This document shows positions 20,272 to 28,775 of a stretch of DNA of 64,000 bases, in pieces. The DNA is from Candidatus Zixiibacteriota bacterium (lineage in GTDB: Bacteria > Zixibacteria > MSB-5A5 > GN15 > JAAZOE01): the NCBI GenBank assembly GCA_043819555.1, contig JBDREQ010000020.1, positions 32,001 to 96,000 on the forward strand, written 5' to 3'. Below the pieces are notes generated by a model, which was given only the letters and a program-made list of their open reading frames with translations, did no database searches and had not been told where the DNA came from. The translations under genes were made by a program, and so were the position numbers. The number at the start of each line of letters is the position of its first letter. Position 1 is the stretch's first letter.

Positions 20272-20398
20272 TCACTAATTAACGCCAATATATTCATCAA
20301 CAACGGCTTCGGGGCAGAACTGCAGTATCAATTTTTCAATTAATTTTCCGATAAATGTATAATAGGAATTGAATTAAAGGCAAGACAGGAATACTTTA

Positions 20399-21487
20399 AT
20401 GCCCAAAATTGATCAGTTACTAAAAATTGTAAAACAGGCAAACGCATCGGATCTTCATTTGAATGTTGGTACCGTACCTATAGTTAGAGTAAATGGCCAG
20501 CTTGAGAAAACTCGAACAAACAAATTAACAGAAGAGAGCATTCGTCAACTAATTTATGAAATCCTCACTGACAGCCAGATTAAACAATTCCAAAAAACAG
20601 GCGATCTTGATTTTTCTTATGGGTTGACGGATCTGGCAAGGTTCCGTTTAAATATCTATAGAACTTTTCATGGTATTGGAGCGGCAATTCGATTAATAAA
20701 TGAAGATATTACAGATCTGCGCACTTTGGGATTCAGTGATTCATTAGCCAGATTGACTGAAAATAAATCCGGAATTGTTCTGGTCACTGGCCCAACCAAC
20801 AGCGGTAAGACGACGACTCTTGCAGCGATGGTTGATAATATTAATACCCATTTTTCCAGGCATATTATAACGCTGGAAGATCCTATCGAAATAGTCCACG
20901 AAAATAAGAATTCCTTGATATCACAACGCCAGATCGGCCTACATTCCGATTCATTTCCCAAAGCATTACGGGCGGCATTGCGGGAAGATCCTGATGTCAT
21001 TTTGGTTGGTGAGATGCGTGATACCGAAACAATCTCGCTGGCTATTACAGCCGCCGAAGTAGGGCTTCTTGTGCTGGGAACGCTTCACACGCGGACTGCC
21101 GCCACAACGATAAATCGCATCATTGATGTATTTCCGCCGGAGCAACAGCAGCAAACACGTATTATGCTGGCCGATACGCTGATGGGCGTGGTATCCCAGC
21201 AATTGGTCAGGAAAGCCGATGGATCTGGCAGGACGGTTGCTTTCGAACTCTTAATAAGAACAACTTCACTCGTAAGCCAGATTCGAGATGCCAAAACTCA
21301 TCAGATACCGACCACAATCCAGACCGGACGCAAGCAGGGAATGCAACTTCTTGATAATCATTTGAGAGAACTAACCGAGACTGGAATTATAACGACCGAG
21401 GAGGCCATGCGAATTGCCACTGAACCATCACAATTTATGGCGTCATCGAACACCGGGAAATTAGTTCAGGAGCTGACACAGGTTTGA
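20399..21487 (+). CDS. pilT: PilT/PilU-family type IV pilus ATPase
   Basis: ASDLHL, GPTNSGKTTTLAAM, TLEDPIE, ALREDPDVILVGEMRD, GTLHT, RIIDVFP, GMQ. Confidence 0.85.
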   Translation: MPKIDQLLKIVKQANASDLHLNVGTVPIVRVNGQLEKTRTNKLTEESIRQLIYEILTDSQIKQFQKTGDLDFSYGLTDLARFRLNIYRTFHGIGAAIRLINEDITDLRTLGFSDSLARLTENKSGIVLVTGPTNSGKTTTLAAMVDNINTHFSRHIITLEDPIEIVHENKNSLISQRQIGLHSDSFPKALRAALREDPDVILVGEMRDTETISLAITAAEVGLLVLGTLHTRTAATTINRIIDVFPPEQQQQTRIMLADTLMGVVSQQLVRKADGSGRTVAFELLIRTTSLVSQIRDAKTHQIPTTIQTGRKQGMQLLDNHLRELTETGIITTEEAMRIATEPSQFMASSNTGKLVQELTQV

Positions 21488-23625
21488 AGACAGTCCAGAC
21501 AAAAAGAAAGAGATTGGATGAAATCCTCCTGGCGGAGGGAAACATCGATCAGGAACAGATTCTTGAAGCGCTTATGCGCCAGAAAGCTCATGGCGGCAGA
21601 TTTGGTACTCAGCTACTTTATTATCGTTATGTTGATGAACGCAACCTGGTAAGAGCTTTAACCATCCAGCTAAACTGTGCCGGTATAGTTCTGTCGGATA
21701 CCAAAATCGATGAAAATGTCATAAAAATGCTGCCGGTCAAACACGCAGTTGCAAGAAAGATTATACCATTTAAGTATGATGAAAAATCAAACACTCTAAG
21801 TATCGCATGTGAAGATCCGACTGATCTAACCCTCATCAACGATACAAATTACCTGGTACAAGGTAAAAATATAAAGCTCTACGTTGCTACCGAATTGGCG
21901 ATTGATGCGGCGATCAACAAATACTATCTTGGCCGTGATATCAATCTTGAGGATAGTCTGTCGCTGGAATTGCCAGACCTGACTCTTATAAATGATTTGC
22001 CAGATGAATCGGACGATGAAAGAATCCGCAGGGATAAACAAGCCCCAGGCAAGTCAGTATTGATAATTACTGATGAGGAATACTCCGGATCGCTCTTTCA
22101 GAGTGTTCTTGAACGGGATAAATTCGAAGTTGCGATCTATGATACTTGTGATAAGGCCTTGACTTTAATTGAAGAACGAAACTTTCACGCAATCCTGATA
22201 AAAAAATCAGTTCCCGATGATCATAAAAAACTTACTGATCGGTTGAGGAAAATATCTCCTCGGACAAAGATTAGATTATTCGATACTTCGTCGTCGCTTT
22301 TATGGGATGATCAGCCGGATAACCTGACAGATTCCATCCTGAGGCAAAATCTCGATTTATTTTTATCAATGATGGCTTCTCGCGAGAACATTAACGAAAA
22401 CCACAGCGGTACGGTTGGCCGATATGTATATAAACTCTGTTGTAAGCTTGGATTATGCGGTCAGGATCGAGCTGTAATTACAAATGCGGCATACATTCAC
22501 GATCTAACCAGATATTATTATCGCGCCAATGACACTTCCGATTATGCGTCACTGATAAAGAAGACTATTAAATTGTCAGAGTCGGTCAATTTTCCTCTGG
22601 TAATGACTGATATGCTTAAGGCTATGTATCAAGACCTGCGGCCCGAGTATAAGAAAACTCTTCCCCTGGAAATATTGGGAGGAAACATACTGACAATTGT
22701 TGACCTATTTTGTGAAAATGTTCAGCTTAATCAAAAGCTAACCCTGGAGAAATTTGAGGCTGTAAAAAAACGGCTGCGAGATTATTCAAATAAGCTTTTC
22801 CTCCCCGATGTGGTAGAAGCGTTTATCGGTATGGTACAGGAGGAAGTCCTGTTTTTCCAAACCTCCGGAATATCCACGCAAATAATGCTCTACTCGAACG
22901 ATCAGGAAGCTTCCCATCCCCTTGAACTCAGATTAAAAAACGAAAACTTCATAGTTATTTCAGAATCTTCTTCCGATTCATTCTTAAACCTCTATCATCG
23001 AAGCCGGCCTGATATCCTGGCATTGGTCATTAAGGGAAACCCCGCTCAAGTATCAAAGAAGATAAACGAATTTAGTCAAAAAGGTGTGAACTATAAGCAA
23101 ACGCCTACAATTCTGCTGGCCGAAACCAGAGTATTATCAGAGGCTGCAACCTTTTTCGATCAGGGGATTAAGGATGTCATTGCACTTGATGGCAACCATG
23201 ATTTACTTGTAGTTCAACTTAAGAAAATACATACAAGACTTATTGAACAAGCTAAGCAGAAAAATGACCCGGATGGGAAATTTGCTGGTGCCAGCGGACG
23301 ATTATCAGATATTAATCTTATCGACCTTATACAGGCATTGGGTCCCGGGCGGAAAACCGTCAAGATAACTATTACCGGGGAAACTCTATCACAAGATAAA
23401 GTGATTATATACCTGAAAAGGGGCAGTATAATCTTCGCCAAAACTAACAGCCTTAGCGGCGCTGATGCAGTTTATGAAGGAATGGCTTGGACGGATGGTC
23501 GGTGGCAGGTTGAACCGGTTGAGGAAACCGATCTTCCTGAACCCAACATTACGCTTTCTAATGACTCCATCCTAATGCAAGGCGCTTATCAACTTGATGA
23601 AAAGATGAAAGCCGGTAAGCTCTAA
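21484..23625 (+). CDS. MshEN/GspE-N-terminal domain + REC-like + degenerate HD + REC-like + DUF4388 signalling protein
   Basis: RLDEILLAEG...ALMRQ...RFGTQL and IACEDP (GspE N-domain); AAYIHDL and ILTIVDLF..PDVVEAF (HD-GYP-like helices); SGRLSDINLIDLIQ..G.IIFA...G.DAVY...W..G.W (DUF4388); TTG start overlapping pilT stop. Confidence 0.7.
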   Translation: MKTVQTKRKRLDEILLAEGNIDQEQILEALMRQKAHGGRFGTQLLYYRYVDERNLVRALTIQLNCAGIVLSDTKIDENVIKMLPVKHAVARKIIPFKYDEKSNTLSIACEDPTDLTLINDTNYLVQGKNIKLYVATELAIDAAINKYYLGRDINLEDSLSLELPDLTLINDLPDESDDERIRRDKQAPGKSVLIITDEEYSGSLFQSVLERDKFEVAIYDTCDKALTLIEERNFHAILIKKSVPDDHKKLTDRLRKISPRTKIRLFDTSSSLLWDDQPDNLTDSILRQNLDLFLSMMASRENINENHSGTVGRYVYKLCCKLGLCGQDRAVITNAAYIHDLTRYYYRANDTSDYASLIKKTIKLSESVNFPLVMTDMLKAMYQDLRPEYKKTLPLEILGGNILTIVDLFCENVQLNQKLTLEKFEAVKKRLRDYSNKLFLPDVVEAFIGMVQEEVLFFQTSGISTQIMLYSNDQEASHPLELRLKNENFIVISESSSDSFLNLYHRSRPDILALVIKGNPAQVSKKINEFSQKGVNYKQTPTILLAETRVLSEAATFFDQGIKDVIALDGNHDLLVVQLKKIHTRLIEQAKQKNDPDGKFAGASGRLSDINLIDLIQALGPGRKTVKITITGETLSQDKVIIYLKRGSIIFAKTNSLSGADAVYEGMAWTDGRWQVEPVEETDLPEPNITLSNDSILMQGAYQLDEKMKAGKL

Positions 23626-23706
23626 GTCCTTCAATAATCCGCAAATTTACAATCTCGGACCATTATCTTCTCATACTTTTGGAATTTAAAGGAACTGAAT
23701 GATTTT

Positions 23707-23780
23707 TGGCTGGGGGATAGGGATTCGAACCCCAATACTACGGTCCAGAGCCGCATGTCCTGCCGTTGGACGATCCCCCA
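23707..23780 (-). tRNA. tRNA-Gln (anticodon CTG)
   Basis: Minus strand TGGGGGA acceptor pairing TCCCCCA-G-CCA, anticodon arm TGCGG-CT-CTG-GA-CCGTA, T-loop GGTTCGAATCC; CCA encoded. Confidence 0.95.
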
Positions 23781-23844
23781 GTAGGATATTATTTTTTATC
23801 GGTCATTAAAAAAAACTATTTAAGTTTGTACTCAACCGAAGCAT

Positions 23845-23874
23845 AGAATATATTGATAATTTCACGACTGTCAA
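23845..23874 (-). promoter_or_regulatory. sigma70 promoter for tRNA-Gln
   Basis: TTGACA (23874-23869) with TATATT at 16 bp or TATTCT at 18 bp spacing. Confidence 0.55.
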
Positions 23875-23908
23875 GATTGATTTCTCAATATAATATGATA
23901 ATCCGCGC

Positions 23909-23939
23909 AAAAAAACCCGGCCATTTCAACCGGGCTTTT
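23909..23939 (-). terminator. Intrinsic terminator of the cohesin operon
   Basis: CCCGG / CCGGG stem followed on the minus strand by T7. Confidence 0.7.
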
Positions 23940-23964
23940 CAAGTTTTTTCTGGCGTATTAATCG

Positions 23965-24723
23965 CTATTTAAGCAATATCATCTGACGGGATGCGCTTTG
24001 ATTGTTTCCCGTTAAGCGATAGGTGTAAACGCCGCTGGGGAGATTATCTCCTGAGAATATATACTCATAATTTCCCGCTGGTTTGTGGCCCAAATCAATT
24101 TTCTCAATTACTTGTCCGGAAAGATTAAAAACCTCGAAACTATATTGCCCCGCCTTTTTAACAGTATATAAAAACGTCGTCGATGGATTAAAGGGATTGG
24201 GGTAATTCTGTTCCAGAATAAAATGAGTTGGCAGCACGCCAAATGGATCGTCCACCGATAGGGGGATAAAATCAATATATCCATCCTTAAGAGTCACGCT
24301 TAAAGGAACGCCGATGGAATCAACTAATTCAATAATTCCGGAGAATTTGACATAAGCCGAATCAAGGGCATCCGAAGCTGCTTGAAGATTAAACTGAAAA
24401 AGCGGTTCCCCGGCCGGAAGAGTCAGAGGTGATGAAAAATCCTCCCAGATGACAAATATTTTTCCGTCGACCACGTTTGTGGTCCACGACTGAATATATG
24501 ATGTTGCCATAGTATGAAACTCAACTTTGGATGCGTCGAATTCAATAAAGATTTGAACTCCAGCCACATCAGTAAAATCTTCTGTCAATAGTTTCATCTG
24601 GACGATATCCGAAGGCGCCGCCGTCGCACTGGTGATTTCAAGCGTCACCGCAAACGCCGATGATGGGACTACAAGCAGGAGCGCGAAGAGCAATCCCCAA
24701 TATTTACGACCCATCTTATTCAT
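23965..24723 (-). CDS. Secreted single-cohesin protein with T9SS type A/FlgD-like C-terminal sorting domain
   Basis: Signal peptide; cohesin pattern DVAGVQIFIEFDASKVEF...IWEDF...LFQFNL...ELVD..G...L.DG; CTD LEQNYPNPFNPST...VFNLSGQ...SGVYTYRL...MILLK; SD GGAGG. Confidence 0.75.
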   Translation of the reverse strand: MNKMGRKYWGLLFALLLVVPSSAFAVTLEITSATAAPSDIVQMKLLTEDFTDVAGVQIFIEFDASKVEFHTMATSYIQSWTTNVVDGKIFVIWEDFSSPLTLPAGEPLFQFNLQAASDALDSAYVKFSGIIELVDSIGVPLSVTLKDGYIDFIPLSVDDPFGVLPTHFILEQNYPNPFNPSTTFLYTVKKAGQYSFEVFNLSGQVIEKIDLGHKPAGNYEYIFSGDNLPSGVYTYRLTGNNQSASRQMILLK

Positions 24724-24755
24724 AAAACCTCCACAGGACAGAGAAATTTATTTTC

Positions 24756-24784
24756 AAGAGGACCGGTCCCATACCGGCCCTCTT
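24756..24784 (-). other. Intergenic GC-rich stem-loop between scaffoldin-like gene and single-cohesin gene
   Basis: AAGAGGACCGGT / ACCGGCCCTCTT inverted repeat; no U-tract in the sense (minus) direction. Confidence 0.55.
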
Positions 24785-24799
24785 TACTTTACAAAAGTT

Positions 24800-27700
24800 T
24801 TATTTCAAAAGCATCATCTTTTTTGTCTGTTTGAATGTTCCCGACGAGAATTTATATAGATAAATTCCCGAAGTAACGCTCATACCATTATCGTCCGTAC
24901 CATTCCAGACAAATTCAATAATGCCGGCTTCATGATAACCATGAAAAGTTCTAATCTTCTGTCCCATAATATTATAGATATCAAGCGAATATTCCCCGGA
25001 CTCTCTCATGGAAGCCATTATCTTCGTTTCCGGGTTAAACGGATTAGGAATATTCTGTTCGAGACTATACTGGGCCGGGAGCGTGGTTCCGCTCTTTGTT
25101 AATCGGCCATTAATGATATTTAATCGATAGTTGAATCCTGCCTCATCAGCCAATTCGGCACCCGAAATAGTTATTTCACTGGATCCGCCAAACTCTCCGG
25201 TAGTCCTGAACGAGAGTTCCGCAATAGCCTGCGAACCGATAAGATTTAAGGGCGCTTCGAAATCTTCCCATATGAGATGGAAAGCGTTATCGGTTCCGTT
25301 GAGAGTTGTACCGGACAAGATATCGGAATTGACTCCGGTAAATTGGACTTCATTGCCGTCAAATGAAATGTGAAGTTCAATGCCTGCCAGGTTTTCGACA
25401 TCAGAAATATAAATCGGTACTGTGACAATATCATTGGGATGAATAAAAGCCTCTCCAATTTCGATTGTAACCGGTTCCACTGTGGAAAATAGTGGCTTGG
25501 CCGTCAGCGGAGACCAGGTTGCGTTCACATCACCCAATCTAATTCCATAAAAATGCGGCACAACTATATCTTCGTTAACGATCGAAATATTTTTCGATCG
25601 CGGCGCCAGCTGCCAGTTAGTCAATGTTATAGCATATGCGCCGTCGATAAAAGTCCAATTTCCGCCGGGAAGAGCTCCCAATTGTGCCAGATAACGACGG
25701 ATCGAAATAACATCCGAGACGCTGACCGTATTGGTGAGGTTTACGTCGGCGGCGATTAATTGGTAACCAAGGTTAAATCGCTCAACGTAGGCTATATGTC
25801 GGCGAATTTTAATTACGTCGGCAACTGAAACACCGGGGGCATCCTCATCCAACCATGGTGTTATTGAATATCCGCCGATTTCCAAGTCAACAAAGCTATA
25901 TTCACCGGCTCCATCGGTTATATCCGAGCCGCTCGCTTGTCCGCTTAAATCGACATTAACGCCTTCAATGGGAATGTCATTTCCATAATATACAACCGTT
26001 CCCGAAATATCGAACAAGGGATCAATGATTGTAACTTCACCGTTACAGAAACCGAGTGATAAATTCGGGTTGCCAAATTCATCAACAATTTCGTTCCCAT
26101 CAAGCCAGACAATCGGAGATATTTCTCCAACATTGCCAACCGAGGTAAACCAGAGCGTCATCAAAACACCGCCGTCAGGAACGGTAATAGGATTGCCAAT
26201 ATTATCCCAAATGAAGTGAATATAGCCATTCCCATTGATATCGGACAAGTAACCAATAGTGGCTCCGACCATATAGTTTGAAGTCACCGAATCAGCCGCC
26301 AGAACAGCATTTAAATACGTTAAATGCAATTCCACTCCGGCCACTCCGGCGATTTGATAAGCATACACCGGAACGCCTATTGCCAAACCTTGAGGCCCGT
26401 TAACCTCTGCGATATCAATAGCGCATTCATCACAATTGGCAATATTGAAAGAAAGAGTCAAAACCTGGGGAGAATGAGAAGCGTCAGCATTAACGGTTAT
26501 AGTCGTTTGCTGTGGTCCAAAACTGAGTTCCGCGGTATTAACTTCAAAAGATACAGTCGCGGGGGCGGAACCTGAAGTAGCCGAGAGAGTAACTCCGGTA
26601 CCCTCTATCGCGGTCCAATCCATCGCGCCTGTACCGATATTAGAAATATCAAAATCACCGGTCACGATCGTACCCATACATGTATTTCCGAAATTAATTG
26701 AATTTGTCGATAGTGCCAAATCAGGCATTCCATAGACATCAAACAGCACCGGGATTTCAGTCGGGCTGACTAATGAATTGGATGCGAAAGTAGCCGTTGC
26801 AATATGAACCCCTTCAGGTAAACCCGCCGGATTGACACTGAATTCAATGAAATCACCGGACATTCCTGAGGTTGGCGCCAGGGCTACCCAAAGCGCATCA
26901 TCGGTTACCGACCAGGCAAGATTGCCATAACATGAATTTGTGATTTCAAAATTCTGAGGCGGGGGAGTCGTTCCAAGTTCGGCGCTGAAATAAACTGTAT
27001 CAACAGGGAAAGTGAAACATGGCAATCCCGTTATATCGATACTACCGGAAAAAAATTCAGTCGCGCGGGAAGATGCATCCGACTGGATAAATAAAAACTC
27101 AAACGCCGGTGGAATAAAAGCGGAATCTATCGGAACCATTTGAGTTGCCGCGGATGGATCAATTGAAAAATACATTTTCGCAAGTAATCCATTTCCGGTT
27201 GCCAAATATGGTTGAGTGATTCGTAATCCCTCAATATTGACAGTGTTGGCATCATTATCTATCGTTGCCAGGTGCTCTTCCCATGATTCTATGCGGCTTC
27301 CTGAAAATGATACCGAATCACAACTGAGGCCGGTTCCATTATACCAAAGTGGAATATTGAAATTACCGATTTCGACAAAATTCTGATAATTTAACTCAAC
27401 CACAACCTGCCCGCCTGCGGTGGCCATGACATTGGATACCCACAGAGTATCAGCGGCCGGTGTGTCATCAATAACTGTCAAATTAATCGTGACATCCTGG
27501 GGAGCATTATCAGTACCGAAATCGGCATTAAATGTTACAACATCGCTGTAATTTCCCGGTGTCAATCCGGTTAAATTGGCAAAAAATGTAATAGTTCGAT
27601 TTCCAGTGCCGCTGGTCGGATTGATCGTTAACCAGGCCTCATCCTTGCCGGTGATTGTGAAATTTAAAGTTGGGCCACCGCAATTACTGACATTTATTGC

Positions 27701-28600
27701 GCTATTTAAAATGTCTCCGTCGAATCCGCTGAAATTAATCTCGTTTGCAGAAAGTGCCAAACAAGGCGGGGGTGGGTCTAAAACCAAAGTTACAGCTATT
27801 TCCTGTGGCGAATTAGTTGCAGCCGGGTCGCTAACAGTAATAGTACCATTGTGAGTGCCTGCCAGTAAGCCAGTCTGATCAATATCGACCGTTACCGTGG
27901 CCGGACCAGTCCCTGAAGCAGAACTTAGAGTAATCCAGCTGTCAGCTGTGGCGGTCCAGTTTAGCGTAGGGGCGCCGGTATTGGAAATATCAAATGTTTG
28001 CGATGGGGGCGGAGTTCCATCCTGCACGGCGTTAAAATCAAGCGTGACCGGATCCAGAGCTATCGTTGGGCCAGATACCGGTTCTCCAATTGTAATCGTC
28101 CCTGTTTTGAACTGTGGTACAAAAGTAGATCCGCCGGTTAAAGCTAATATAAATGGCGAAGATTCATTGTATGAAGTGGAATCCAGAGTGATTACTTGAT
28201 CTGCTGCCCCGGGTGCTGGGGTAAACCAAACAGTAAAAATATTTCCCGTTCCAGGCTGCAAATACGCTTCGAATATGATAATTGCCCCGACCTGGAATTT
28301 TTGGTTAACATTGTCGATTTCTGAAGGCTTATTGCCAACATAATCGATTCGTGAACCGCCAAAAGTAACCGAGTCGCATGTAATGTCGGGAGAATCCCAT
28401 ATGAATGGCATACCGAAACCGCCCAGTTCTTCATCATTATAAAGTTCGATTGGAACGGAAAAAGGATCGGTGCTTCCGGATGGAATACTTACCGATTCGA
28501 CCCAAGCCGTATCGGCGATACCAGGATCTGGAACCGCATATACGGACGCGCCGAGGATAAAAACAGCAACTATGACGAATAAAACAATTTTATTCCCCAT
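24800..28600 (-). CDS. Scaffoldin-like secreted protein: 4 cohesin-like + 4 BACON/Ig-like + carboxypeptidase-regulatory-like + split dockerin + T9SS/FlgD-type CTD
   Basis: Signal peptide; two DT.WV...CDSV.F.GSRI domains; two VP.Y....AG.ELH...IW domains; four ISN.G...L.W/F......W....SG repeats; GVSVADV..IRR...AADVN....VSVSDV..IRR...GIRLGDVN; LEQNIPNPFNP...YNIMGQ...WNGTD...SGIYLY...KKMMLLK; SD GGAGGT. Confidence 0.8.
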   Translation of the reverse strand: MGNKIVLFVIVAVFILGASVYAVPDPGIADTAWVESVSIPSGSTDPFSVPIELYNDEELGGFGMPFIWDSPDITCDSVTFGGSRIDYVGNKPSEIDNVNQKFQVGAIIIFEAYLQPGTGNIFTVWFTPAPGAADQVITLDSTSYNESSPFILALTGGSTFVPQFKTGTITIGEPVSGPTIALDPVTLDFNAVQDGTPPPSQTFDISNTGAPTLNWTATADSWITLSSASGTGPATVTVDIDQTGLLAGTHNGTITVSDPAATNSPQEIAVTLVLDPPPPCLALSANEINFSGFDGDILNSAINVSNCGGPTLNFTITGKDEAWLTINPTSGTGNRTITFFANLTGLTPGNYSDVVTFNADFGTDNAPQDVTINLTVIDDTPAADTLWVSNVMATAGGQVVVELNYQNFVEIGNFNIPLWYNGTGLSCDSVSFSGSRIESWEEHLATIDNDANTVNIEGLRITQPYLATGNGLLAKMYFSIDPSAATQMVPIDSAFIPPAFEFLFIQSDASSRATEFFSGSIDITGLPCFTFPVDTVYFSAELGTTPPPQNFEITNSCYGNLAWSVTDDALWVALAPTSGMSGDFIEFSVNPAGLPEGVHIATATFASNSLVSPTEIPVLFDVYGMPDLALSTNSINFGNTCMGTIVTGDFDISNIGTGAMDWTAIEGTGVTLSATSGSAPATVSFEVNTAELSFGPQQTTITVNADASHSPQVLTLSFNIANCDECAIDIAEVNGPQGLAIGVPVYAYQIAGVAGVELHLTYLNAVLAADSVTSNYMVGATIGYLSDINGNGYIHFIWDNIGNPITVPDGGVLMTLWFTSVGNVGEISPIVWLDGNEIVDEFGNPNLSLGFCNGEVTIIDPLFDISGTVVYYGNDIPIEGVNVDLSGQASGSDITDGAGEYSFVDLEIGGYSITPWLDEDAPGVSVADVIKIRRHIAYVERFNLGYQLIAADVNLTNTVSVSDVISIRRYLAQLGALPGGNWTFIDGAYAITLTNWQLAPRSKNISIVNEDIVVPHFYGIRLGDVNATWSPLTAKPLFSTVEPVTIEIGEAFIHPNDIVTVPIYISDVENLAGIELHISFDGNEVQFTGVNSDILSGTTLNGTDNAFHLIWEDFEAPLNLIGSQAIAELSFRTTGEFGGSSEITISGAELADEAGFNYRLNIINGRLTKSGTTLPAQYSLEQNIPNPFNPETKIMASMRESGEYSLDIYNIMGQKIRTFHGYHEAGIIEFVWNGTDDNGMSVTSGIYLYKFSSGTFKQTKKMMLLK

Positions 28601-28698
28601 CGCCCACCTCCGGTGAAAGATTAACGGTTTTGTCCCCTAAAAAAGGAAGGGGGATTGGCATCCCTGCATGTATTTTTTCTTAAGACATGTCTGCCAAT

Positions 28699-28726
28699 AA
28701 TATAAGGAGGTTTTTTTAAATGTCAA
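28699..28726 (-). promoter_or_regulatory. sigma70 promoter for the scaffoldin-like operon
   Basis: TTGACA (28726-28721), 16 bp, TATATT (28704-28699). Confidence 0.5.
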
Positions 28727-28775
28727 CATGCAAAAGTTTGCGGATGTTGTTAAATAAGATAGGCTTTGGGGAAAA

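Noticed and set aside
23640..23790. tRNA-Gln as integration site of a genomic island
   Set aside because: No integrase or transposase, and I found no duplicated tRNA 3' end in the window; no obvious compositional break
23965..28600. A true cellulosome for plant-polysaccharide degradation
   Set aside because: No CBM3 and no dockerin-bearing glycoside hydrolase in the window; the only GH (GH57) has no signal peptide or dockerin
28601..28700. Riboswitch (e.g. c-di-GMP) in the scaffoldin leader
   Set aside because: Only a short CCCC/GGGG hairpin; no recognisable aptamer consensus
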